64,000 bases of DNA from Anthoceros angustus (lineage: Eukaryota > Plantae > Anthocerotophyta), in assembly GCA_010909165.1 (NCBI GenBank), contig MU008202.1, forward strand, positions 248,001 to 312,000, read 5' to 3'. Shown here one piece after another: positions 25,887-36,972 of this stretch. The translations under genes were made by a program, and so were the position numbers. Within the stretch, counting starts at the first letter, position 1. Each line of letters opens with the position of its first letter. The notes under the pieces are model-generated. The model was not told the DNA's origin. It ran no database searches and saw nothing but the letters and a program-made list of their open reading frames with translations.

Positions 25887-26500
25887 AAAGTACAGCTGAA
25901 AAGTGGGAAAATAAGGCGTACATATAGAAAAAATACAGCTAAAAAGTGGAAAAATAAGGCGTACACATACATATCTATGTACATCTCAACAAGAGAAAAA
26001 ATACAGCTGAAAAGTGGGAAAATAAGGCGTACACATACATATCTATGTACATGTCAACAAGAGAGACAGCTGAAAAGTGGGAAAATAAGGCGTACATATA
26101 GAAAAAGTACAGCTGAAAAGTTGGAAAATAAGGCGTACACATACATATCTATGTACATGTCAACAAGAGAGACAGCTGAAAAGTGGGAAAATAAGGCGTA
26201 CATATAGAAAAAGTACAGCTGAAAAGTGGGAAAATAAGGCGTACACATACATACTGTATGTATGTATGTACGTCTCAACAAGACAGACAACAACAGTGAA
26301 GAGAACGTAATGCAAGCAAGAAGACAATCGCAATAATGATCAATCAATAAGGCGTACACACATAAGTATGAACTAGAGAGACAACTGAAGAGAAAGTAAT
26401 GCAAGCAAGAAGACAATCGCAATAGTGATCAATCAATGAGGCGTGCACACATTAGTATGAACTAGAGAGACAATAGTACTGAAAAGTAATGCAGGCAGCA
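25887..26500. repeat. Higher-order minisatellite: 30-bp core x7 with two alternating linker types, then an ~85-bp unit x2
   Basis: The core CAGCTGAAAAGTGGGAAAATAAGGCGTACA is separated by linker A (TATAGAAAAAGTA-type) or linker B (CATACATATCTATGTACATGTCAACAAGAGAGA-type) in the order A,B,B,A,B,A. Confidence 0.9.
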
Positions 26501-26553
26501 GTGTCAGAAAAAGGTCAAGGACGAGGGTTCAAAATAAATAACTCAATTGCCAT

Positions 26554-26789
26554 GAAAAAAGGCCACTTGACCCAAGGCGGAAGCAACCTTAGAAGCAGGT
26601 AATTTTTCTTACGAAAAAAGGCCACTTGACCGAAGGCGGAAGCAAACTTAAAAGCACGTAAATTTTCTTACGAAAAAAGGCCGCTTGACCCAAGGCGGAA
26701 GCAACCTTAAAAGCGGGTAATTTTTCTTACGAAAAAAGTCCACATGACCCAAGGTGGAAGCAACCTTAAAAGCAAGTAATTTTTCTTTC
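26554..26789. repeat. 59-bp tandem repeat x4
   Basis: The unit GAAAAAAGGCCACTTGACCCAAGGCGGAAGCAACCTTAGAAGCAGGTAATTTTTCTTAC starts at 26554, 26613, 26672 and 26731. Confidence 0.93.
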
Positions 26790-27853
26790 CTAATTTGTCA
26801 TTGCAATTGGGTAAGATCCTCGTTGATGTACAAGCTTATTTCCTGCAAAATAGTCCTCGCTTTCAAAACCTTAAGCCGGTTGTCCAAGGAACGACCTTAA
26901 GCCGGTCGTCCAAGGAACGAAAAGATGAGAGCAACCATTTGACGGTAGAACTGACCATGAAAAGAAGAAGAATAATTTTATTTAAGTCCACTAAGGATGA
27001 AATTTCCATCATGATGATAGGACGAATATGTAGGAATGATTAACCGCTAATCTAATGTGGCCTAAAGACAAGTGGTGTGAAGCATAGTCAAATCTATGGC
27101 AGATTAAAAAGTTGAATATACTTTGTTCTAAATTGCCACATTTGTTATAGGGTCAGAAACGGACCACGTACTCATGGACACATCAAAACTACAATTTTGA
27201 TTGTATTGAGAATGGAGTACTATATAAGCTGGCCATCCATGTATCGTCTTTCATGCAGATGATGCAGGTTTTGTCAAAATGCGAGGCAAGATCCCGCAAA
27301 AAGGTTTCTTTGATGGTTTCTCCCGACTCGGACAAGTATGGTGAGGTTTGTCGTCAAAATTGAAAATCAATTTACAACAACTGTAAGGCAGACAAGGCAA
27401 CAAATTTTGTTTATGGTAATGGTAGCTAAGGTCTGAATGTTGTGCATGGTTTGACCTTGTTGATCAATTCATGTCGTGTCACAGGGCACATGTGGTATGT
27501 GAGGCTCATGTTAATTCACACCTAGCTGCTGAGTTAGTGGACAAGACACTAGAGTCCAATGTTCATACCTCATAGATGAAATATATAATTTTAGTGTAGG
27601 AGAGGGAAGTAGAAAGGGCAAGGGAGGAGATGATAGAACAAGTGGGGAGAGGGGGCTGAGGTGGCAGTTTTATCTCCATAAGACAAGGGAGGGGGCAAGG
27701 GTGATGTGGCAGTTGAAAGACCTAATTTCTAGAGTACATGCATTTTAAAACTTAATTTTGCATAATTTCAAGGGGCCATGCTCATGTGCACACCGGCCGT
27801 TCTGTTGACCGTTGTTCAACGACGCCAAGAATATCTTGTTAGGCCTCAAGCAT

Positions 27854-28073
27854 GACATGTCCATGGTGGCACTCACCGGCCGGTGCATAGTGCCACCATG
27901 GCACTGCAGCCATCGCCCAATGTAAAATGGCCCTAAAGTTGCTTGGCTACCTTGTATCTCATTGACATGTCCATGGTGGCACTCACCGGCCGGTGCATAG
28001 TGCCACCATGGCACTGCAACCATCGCCCAGTGTAAAATGGCCATAAAGTTGCTTGGCTACCTTGTATCTCAAT
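27854..28073. repeat. 110-bp tandem duplication, each unit with a 41-bp nested palindrome
   Basis: Units start at 27854 and 27964. Each contains CCATGGTGGCACT-CACCGGCCGGTG-CAT-AGTGCCACCATGG. Confidence 0.92.
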
Positions 28074-28310
28074 GACCAGTGCCACATTAGACTTCGTCCT
28101 GGAACTTTGAAGACCCGGCATCTGCAGCACATTGGAACCTACATGAGGCGGTGAACTTTAAAGCATATCAACATGGTGGCGGTCAGTTTTTAAGGTCTCT
28201 GGGCATGCCACGCGAATGTGACACAGCCTACACCCAGGTTTTAAGGTAAGGGGTGGCCATACATGTGAACCCACCCTTACAGGAGTTGGAGAGGCAGGTG
28301 TGGCCAGGTA

Positions 28311-28385
28311 AAGGTTGGGGGCTCTGTCGCCACCTAAGGTTGGGGGCTCTGTCGCCACCTAAGGTTGGGGGCTCTGTCGTCACCT
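28311..28385. repeat. 25-bp tandem repeat x3
   Basis: AAGGTTGGGGGCTCTGTCGCCACCT starts at 28311, 28336 and 28361. Confidence 0.93.
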
Positions 28386-28944
28386 ATTCTTCACCTGGCC
28401 CTCCCTCTTCTCCACTGGTGTTGCTGCTTCCTAGCAGCTCAGAATTTTGTGGGCCCAAAGCTTTCCAGTCCAGTTCGAGATAATCCTCTTGATAAATAGG
28501 TACCCAATGCCGATGGAGCCAATGGTCGACATGGTTGCACAACGTGTGCAAATTACGATTACACATGGGTAAGAAGAAGTGCCCATGTCCTGTTTCAGCA
28601 TAGGGGACTTCCTCACGGGTTCTGACACGGGCCCAAAAAGCTCTCAGGATGAGCCCACCTGTTTTGTCCTCGCCGTGTCTCCAGTTTGACACCTTTCTTC
28701 CACCAACAGTTTTCCAGTGTGCCTCCTGCTTAATGATTCTAATCCCACATTATGCACAGGCTAAGCACAGTTCATGTAGCATTACAAAGTAAGTGCTAGA
28801 TGCTTAACATTAATGTAAAATAATAATTTTATAAATTAATTACAATATAAAAGTAGGTCCAAAGTTTTGATCCAAGACCCTTGGATATTTAGGGGTTAAT
28901 GTTTTGCATTCAAGCTTCCCACAACTATTCGTCCAATCTTCCTC

Positions 28945-29330
28945 ACAAATGAAAAATGGCATGCTAAAAAAATGAGAAAGAAAAATAGAGTTAGAAATGA
29001 AAAATGACACGCTAAAAAACTGAGAAAGAAAACTGCGTGATAGAAAAATTGTATACCTCCCTCACCAAAGACAAATGCAAAATTGTATGCTAAAAATTGC
29101 GCGATAGGGAGAACTCAAAACTTCCTCTACCAATGAAAAATCGCACGCTCAAAATTTTGAGAGAGAAAACTGCGCGATTGGAAATTCGCACACCATCTTC
29201 AAAAATGGAAAATCGCACGCTGAAAGGAAAATCGCACGTCACCCTTACCAATCAAAAATCGCACGGTCAAATTTGAGCAACTGCATGATAGGAAAACCGT
29301 AGGAAAATTGCACGCTAAAAATTTGAGAAG
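28945..29330. repeat. AT-rich array of degenerate AAAATCGCACG(C/G) motifs, resembling transposon subterminal repeats
   Basis: There are more than 8 related AAAA(T/C)(C/T)GCACG or GCGCGAT motifs in ~380 bp. Confidence 0.6.
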
Positions 29331-29569
29331 GATTAGCGCTCATGTCCCGGAAGGCAGCATAGAAGCGTCCCGCTTTTAAGCCTACGCATATTGACCTGGC
29401 CTTCCCACCTTGCTAGCCAGCATTTAGTGGAAACGCGAGCCTAATTAATTTTCTTCGGGTATTGACAGTGAGCTTGTGATTTTGCGAGACTCTAAATCAC
29501 CATGCGCCTTGGCAATCTCCGAGATCGAAGAAGTCTGATTCAGACGGACTTCTAACACTTCAAAGGACA

Positions 29570-30050
29570 GCAGCGCAAACAAGTCTTCTGCGGTAGCCAA
29601 AACTCAGGATGACCCTGGTAGAAGTGTAGTCCATTAAGGACGGCCTGGTCAGGAACAACGACCTGGCTGCCGTACTCCTTGAGCAGCCGTAACAACGACA
29701 TGGTTACAGCCATCTTCAACAGCTTGTGTCGACACCACGCCAATGACCTTAGCGTCCGACGCCGAACCCACTGGCAGAGCAAAGACCCCACCCTTTCAGC
29801 TGCGGCATGCACCAGGCTCCACTTTAGAGCACCTCCTGACTACATACCGTGTCGTCATGCCCTTGAGCAGCAATTCCTACGGTGGTAGCATTAAGGTTGG
29901 AAGGCACATGGACAACCCTGTCCGCTGCAGCAAGGCTTTCCTCGGCATACCTTCCATTGATCCCTGCATAGGCTACCAGATCCCCACGGCCAACCTGACG
30001 GCCTGTGGTCAGGTTCCTTCCCACAAATACTTGCTTCTCTGCAACAAGCC
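29570..30050 (-). pseudogene. NADPH:quinone oxidoreductase (zeta-crystallin/MDR family) pseudogene
   Basis: Segments pieced across frames read TGRQVGRGDLVAYAG..YAEESLAAADRVVHVPS / LLLKGMTTRYVVRRCSKVE / SLVHAAAERVGSLLCQW / DAKVIGVVST..QAVEDGCNHVV / ARSLFLTRPSLMDYTSTR. These match Qor motifs (LKGMTA, VHAAAGGVGSLLCQW, SLFLTRPSL). There are several frameshifts and an internal deletion. Confidence 0.85.
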
Positions 30051-30553
30051 CACATCCGCTATCTTCACATCTCAATTACCTCACCGCAAACTCAACAACA
30101 CACCTGGCAAGTGAGGATCAATCTAGCAGTCCTCAAAACGCAGTTACATCTCCAGACACATGCTTAGGCACGTCTGGGGTGATCCATGTACCAACGAGGT
30201 TCCTCATAGCAAAGAGACTTCCACCTGCCTTCAGTCAGCACGAACATATGGCCCCATGCTGTGGTGGCTCGTCGGTTGCATCTTGAAAGCATGCATTCAC
30301 ACTTAAGATTTGATGTACGCTCAAAAAATAACAACTAGTTGTCTGCAGACTAGCTAGATGTACAGTGAAGAAAGAACGTTCACATTGATACAAGTGTTCA
30401 CTATTAAGAGACTGACGCATAGATCTACGGCCCGGACGACGGATTCCAGAGATGATTTGAGCTCAATACAGAACAGTATTCCTGCCATGAACAACTTCCC
30501 GTTAGAATGAACAAAAACGCATGTAGTTTCTGGTATTCATCAAAAACGTTTTC

Positions 30554-31096
30554 TCACTCACACAGAGGAACCAGCTTCCACTTCTGATTTTCCTGTTTGT
30601 CCCACTTGTAAAGAATGACCCTGTTGTGTTCCTTCACACCTCCGTGCTCTTTATCCACATGATCTGCATCCAGGTTTAACTTTGTGTTGTCCGCTGGCCT
30701 GATAGTCCTGTACCCGTCCCCGAGATCATCACTCAGATTTCTCATTCGCACACATTTGAGTCTCAGATGGATCCGCGTGGAAGGAAACAAACCACATCCG
30801 TGTGATCCTTGTGCTCCTTTTCAACAGTGGTGTGCCGAAGCACAAGGTGGGACGCCTTGTTGACCCGAATCGTCCCTGAGCCTTTCTTCGGGCGAATCAT
30901 CCTTGTACCATTGCTGTCCACCAGACGCGCGGGAATCCGCCTTGAGGTAGATCTTCACCAGCTCCCCTTCGATCGCGTTCAGAGCAGAAGGGCGGGGATA
31001 GTGTGCGGCACGGTGTGGCTCTGCAAAGTGAGGGGGCCCGGGATGAGGATGCGGCAGCTGGTGTGGCGCGTCATGAGGATGATAGCCGCCTCCCAT
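30554..31096 (-). pseudogene. Euonymus-lectin (EUL, ricin-B-like) gene with internal deletions and a frameshift
   Basis: A His/Pro-rich N-terminus is followed by GELVKIYLKAD..QQWYKDD..RDDSG / (shifted) VNKASHLVLRH / SDDLGDGYRTIRPADNTKLNLDADHVDKEHGGVKEHNRVILYKWDKQENQKWKLVP, which matches the EUL C-terminal consensus. Confidence 0.85.
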
Positions 31097-32092
31097 GTTG
31101 CAAGACCTGTCAAACAGCCGGCTTCAAGTGCCCGTCAGTTGCAACATACCAGGAGAAGAAACCAGTCCGACACACCTACCAGCTTCTGTGTCAGACAAAG
31201 AAAACGATTTCAAGCGGAGACACCTTCAGCCCAGGCGATCTACAGATGATGTAGGAGACGCTTATGAGCCTGCAGGGCAACTACTTCCCAACTTCCCTTG
31301 CAGTCACCGCACGCTATGTTTATTACTACTGCCTTGCTCAGTGCGACATCAAGAACACGACAAGTGGCGTCACCCAGTTTCAAGTTTCCTACGTGGCCCC
31401 GACAGTTCCGCTGCTTAACTGAAGTGCGCATTGGCTTCGATAACGGTTTCCCTCTTGTTAGTGCCTGTGCTTTTCAGATAACGGTCTGTGTCTTGTTAGT
31501 GAGGAGGCTTGTGCCTTTGCGTAGGTGGGACCGACCGAGACGCTGCCTCAGACGAGGGGAAGACACGGAGAGAGGTACAGACACACTGGACGTCAAAATT
31601 CTCAGGGCAGCACAGCCTTCCTGGTCGAGTTGTTACATCGATTCACAACAACCGAGACATCAAAATAGAACACATGACACTCTACAGCACCTCATGATCC
31701 AGGTGACTCTAGAATGCTGAGGAGTTCTATCCTGCAACATACTTTGACCTACCACACCGAATGTTTTTTTTGAGTTACTGTTCTTGCTATCCACTTGCCG
31801 AGAAGAGAGAATATTTAGTGATGCACAAACATGAAGACACTTGTGTCATCAGATAGGTCTATAATTAGTAATATATGTCTCAACAGAAACACACCAAGGA
31901 AATCGCAGCATGCAGCATCGTTGAGGAAGCAAGTAGCTATGGTGTAGCATGCTACAATTTCCTCATTGTGCGATGGTGCCACATACCCTACTCCTGCTGT
32001 ACCATCCGCGTTGATGTGTACTGCTAATGCCTCAACTTGCTGCACCTTGTGATCTTGCCGCCGAAGGTGCACACTGACAGGAGGACTACTCC

Positions 32093-35000
32093 TCAAGTCA
32101 AAAAAGACCAATTCATGTACATGAAAGCCACACATTGTGTGCTCTCATCATCGTCTAGGACCTTCCAAGCAACAGCCCTGTCATATGTTGCAGGGCGGCC
32201 CATGCTTGAAAGGCGCACACCACCTGGGAGACATGCATACCCCTGCACACGAACGGGAAACGTCCACTATTATCATTCATTTGTCACAATTCCAGAACCT
32301 GATCGAGAGGATTCTCATGCTCATTACCTGCTGCATAACCTGGTTGAAGTCAGAGTAAAGTGTCTTTCGACCATTTTCATCCAATGTCTTCTCCCAAGAT
32401 AAATCCTGCAGACCACCTGATGTGATCTCCAACATTTCGAGGCCTGACCGATTTGCAAATGAAAACTCCGGCAGGGTCTGCAATTGTGCCACACATATAG
32501 TCAGTTCCTGCCAGCAGATACCCCACCTTTCAAGAAAGAGACTCAAAGCACACACCGATGACAGTACCTTCCAGGCACAACAGATGATTGCATCTGCATG
32601 ATGCCAAAAAGCTTTAAACAGAGCATCAGTGCTCACTGTCTCTGTCCTCACAAGATCTATGCCAAGGTTCAGTCTGCACCCAATAACTCGTTAGATAGAC
32701 AATCCTAACAGTCAAAACATATCCACTGACATGTGAAGTCAGAGCAACCTGTAGCTTTGAAGAATGCGACGAGCTAGCAACATGGCCTCCGGCGTCCCAG
32801 GTGCATGCCTAGGTGTCATCTGCGAGCCCACTCGTGCCGGTGCAAGAGCCATAGCAACTCTCTGCACAGAAGCCACGACTGTACGCACATACTGTCTGGC
32901 CATGGCTGCTACTGCATCACGGGTGTGCATCTCATAGGAGAACTGGAAAGCAATAGTCAGAACTGATCTAAGGTGACAGCTGGATGCTCCACTGTCACCC
33001 ACAAGGCGGCTGGTTTCTGACCCTCCTTCAAGAGTGGATGCTAAATCCAATGTACGAGATAGACCATAGCCATCCTACAACACATACAAACATACGTCAA
33101 ATCTGATACTGTCTGTCATCCTCCAACCAATAACAGCATCCAGCCAAGCACAAACACTTCCCTGGCATACAAAGCTTACTATGGCCACTTACAATTAGAC
33201 CAGTATCTAGAGGTATCACGCGGAACCCGGATGGAAGAAGAGGAACGTCGTCAGAAACCGCTGCATCGACTGGGGCAAAGACGAGCTGGGCACATGCCCC
33301 AACTGCATTTTCATCGATTCCACTGCAGAGCTGAAGAAAGAAGAAAAAGCGGGTTGGGTTACCAAGTCATGAAGACAACTAGATGCAGCTCATGAAAACT
33401 AGTCAATCCAGCTTACCTGGAGCAAAAATGTTTCCCTAGGCAGAACAGCCCCATCCTGAGCTGGACCATGCGCCTCCAGCTTCACAACCTCCAAAAACTG
33501 CAGGGTATAGGCTTAGACATGTGCAACTTGCAAACTGTGGACACGAATCACCACTGAATCGTCAGGCAAGCGTCAAGAATCTCACCTCTTCCTGCTCAAC
33601 TGCATGAGCCAGGGGCAAAGGAACCTGCCCACTACAAAGGCTACCACGACCTGAAGCACCATATGTGCTTGTTTTCAATGCTGCAGCAGCATCAGCATCA
33701 ATGTCGCAATCAGCCCATTCAGACCGATGCTCTCGGAGAAATCGAATCAAGAGGGCTGGAGGGACATTCTGCAATTCACACAAGAACTACCAGATCAATC
33801 CAATGTTCAGCTGGTTCCGATGACACCCACCACTGCCTAAATGGATGTGAAGAATAAAAGCTTAGCCACCTTCCTCATTACCTGCAACAGCATGGATGCT
33901 TTGGCACACAGTATGCCCCCACCAAGAGAGCAAAGTCTGTCCGTGGAGGTAGCCTGGGCTCCAAGGTGCTTTGAATGTGGGCTGGAGTTGAACGCAACAC
34001 TGACATCATCCATCCCATCTGTCACTATGGCATTCCATCCATCATCTGAGAATCCATTCACTGCTTCATTGAAGCCCCTGAATCAAATGTAGATAGGAAG
34101 GTCAGGAAACAATCCAAACATAGAACATGACAAAGACTCAAAAGACAAAGAAGCGCAGAGATAGAAACAATACCGAGCTATACGTTGGCTCAAGGCACGC
34201 AAAACGGCAGGCTGCTGTCCACTTCCGAGAGGAGCATCAGATGCAGATTCAATCGCCAATCGGCGAAGATGACGGAGTGCCTGTGAGCAGGAGGATGAGT
34301 TAAGAATAGACATATGCTGCCAAGGGTGGGACATAGATGAAGTGAAAGTCAAGGATCTGAGGAGCTACAACACTCACCCCAATAGTAGTTTTCTGGGCAA
34401 GAACAGCCGAAGACTCATAGAGAGGACGCAGAACCTCAGGCACACTCCAGGACTGCAACACAGAAGGAGACATGAGAAATTCAGTACTGGAGACTAGCAG
34501 AAGTGGAATGGGCAGAATACACCCACTAGTCAGGCACTGCACAAACCTCCAAATCTGCATGATCCACAATGTGTATGATACTCCCTCCACCTTCACAGGG
34601 TCGGATCAAATATCCACTCGGCAACATTTCTGCCCTGACAAAATACTGAACAGGTGGCATAGTTGGCCCTCCATGAGCTCCACTCAGGGAGCGCTCACAT
34701 ATCTGAATTCACAACCAAGCAACCAGCTTGCTCTCAATGTTTGTAGAGAAAGTGCACACGGCAGAGGGAGGACAGGCTGGACAGGGGCAAGGCACCGAAA
34801 CATACCACCAGGTTGCCATCCTCCAAGAAGGTTGTGTACCGGAGAGTACAAAAATCACGAGGTGGAGCAAGTGTGGTTGGTGCATACATCTGCAGAGAAG
34901 CCTGTCAGCAACAGCATCTGGAAACTAAAGAAGGAAGAGGACTCAGAACGCTTTTCAGAAACAGATATAGCCTCACGCGCCTTCAGGATGCTGAGAGACG

Positions 35001-36972
35001 TGAGTAAAGTTGGTTGTTTTATTAACTACCTGAGTGTAGATAAGCTCCACAGTCCCACCATTCCCAGTAGGAAATGCACCCAGTACATCTAAGCGTCGAC
35101 AATCCCTCAACCAAGAGGGACGATCTTTTAGTATCTCCGCGACCTGTTCCACAAGGGGAAAAGTTGCTGTGTCAATTCTGCACACAAGGTGAGCAATATG
35201 TTTGCCAAGACTCACGAGGATGATGATTGTGTGTCATACCTTCGTGGGTTCAAGTCCCACGAGGCCGCAAGCTCTTGCAGCTATACCCGCACCTCCATGC
35301 GAGATGGCTACAATTCCAATAGAATCCGGACCAGGCTGCATTACCACAAAGGTACTTGAAGATCAGCATGAGTATCTGGAGCAACAGACTCAAGACCAAC
35401 AGAAGCAGGTTCTTTGAAACCCACCTTCATCCCAGGCATCTGGATCCAATCCACTGCCGTTCCGGTGGCCTTAGCAAGAAATTCGGTGAGAGTCTCCTCA
35501 GCGATGGACAAAAGTCTGTAGAGGCCACAGATCAGAGAGGAGCTAACAGTAGAGTTAGGAAGAGTCATCCTGCTAGCAACCGTTCAACCTACCCAGCAGG
35601 GCTTGCATCACGAGGGGGATGCTGGGGGGTTGGATGCTGCTGCAAACCCCCCGTAACCGCCGATTCTGAGCTTGTATCTGTGGTCGTCATGGCCAACTGC
35701 ACATACCAGGCAACGTCAACGACATTCTGAATTGGGGTGGTGCCACTGAAGAAGGGGAAGCAGCTGCAGTAGCAAGCACACAGATTTCCGAGCCCTTCGA
35801 AGAGAAAACCTGATTACAAAATGAAAACAACTTTGCACACCCTCTCCTGGGCATAGAAGTGGAAGAAACTACAGCAGACCTGCTCCTGAGATCGGCGGGA
35901 GGGTTTCCCATTGCACTCAGATTTAACAATCTGCTGCTGCTGCTGACGCAAATACTGGTTTTCAATGGCCAGCTGGGAAGTGTGCTTCGAGAGGCGTTCG
36001 TTCTCCTCCATTAACAGCTTGTTGAGAGCTGTGAGCTTGGCATTGACGCTAAGCAGTCGGGTGGCTTCCTTGCGCTGCTTTTCGCGGCATCTGCATGAGC
36101 CACCAGCAGGAAAGCACCTGTTAGTAAAAAACACTGTAGGCCACGACTTGGACACTCCAAGCAGATGACACCGTGGAATGCATGTGAGGGCCACAATGGT
36201 GCGGTCGTGCATCTCTTGAAGAAGTTGCAGTCATTTGTGGCCAGGCAGGGTAGGCAAGCTAGAATGAATATTCCCATGAGAAGACCACAATAAGCATCCA
36301 GAAGAAAGGACACACAGCAGAGGTTTGCCATGTTGCAGAAACAGTAAAGAGCGAGAGAGCGGCCACAATACACAGCAGCAGCCGCAGCAGCACAAAGTTT
36401 TGAGGGCTCTAGACCTGGTCTAAGAAAAAAGAGCGTGTGAAGGCCACCGATGGCAGCGTCACACATGTCAGAATCCCCTGCAGCTGATGCATGTTCATCC
36501 CTGCGTGGCACCGCAAAACTTGACGACAGCGAAACAGGTGCGGTTCTTGACATGAATCAAAGGCAAAGGGTAGTCGGCAGTCGGTGTGGCTGGGTGCAGC
36601 CAGGAGCCTGCAAACGATCGCTAGGCGCGTGGCTGGGTGCGGCAACGAGAGAGAGGGAGAGGGCCCAATTGCTAACGCTAGCATGCAGTGCAAGCGCGCC
36701 ACTTTCCCCTGCCCTCCCCCAATTTGGACAAGCGCGGTTGACTGCACTTACCGGCGATTTTGAAACCAGACTTTAATCTGCTTGGGCTCAATGTTGCCAA
36801 GGATGGGACAGTCCTTGATAAGCTGCTGGCGGCGGATGGAGCTGGGTTTGGGACACTCGTTGTACACACGCTCCAGCGCTTCAACCTGTTCATTGGTGTA
36901 ACGCACATACTTGCCGGTGGAATCCATTCCGCTGTTGGCCCTGTAATCCTTGGGAGGTCTGCTCACAGCCAT
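32093..36972 (-). CDS. C3HDZ: Class III homeodomain-leucine zipper transcription factor (HD-Zip, START, MEKHLA)
   Basis: ATG at 36972: MAVSRPPKDYRANSGMDSTGKYVRYTNEQVEALERVYNECPKPSSIRRQQL..IKVWFQNRR. Further exons read CREKQRKEA, AEETLTEFLAKATGTAVDWIQMPGMK/PGPDSIG, AQLVFAPVD..PLLPSGFRVIP and MEKHLA-like FSFANRSGLEMLE, ending AVAWKVLDDDESTQCVAFMYMNWSFLT-TGA at 32093-32095. Confidence 0.97.
35326..35435 (-). promoter_or_regulatory. miR165/166 target site split by an 89-nt intron (35336-35424)
   Basis: The spliced mRNA reads CUGGGAUGAAG|CCUGGUCCGG, complementary to miR166 (UCGGACCAGGCUUCAUUCCCC). Confidence 0.92.

Noticed and set aside
25887-26260. CRISPR-like array (30-bp repeats with spacers)
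   Set aside because: The spacers are only two recurring types of unequal length, there are no cas genes, and the context is eukaryotic. It is a minisatellite.
28384-28692. Cys/His-rich ORF as a SWIM or transposase fragment
   Set aside because: The ligand spacing does not fit SWIM, and there is no supporting flanking domain.
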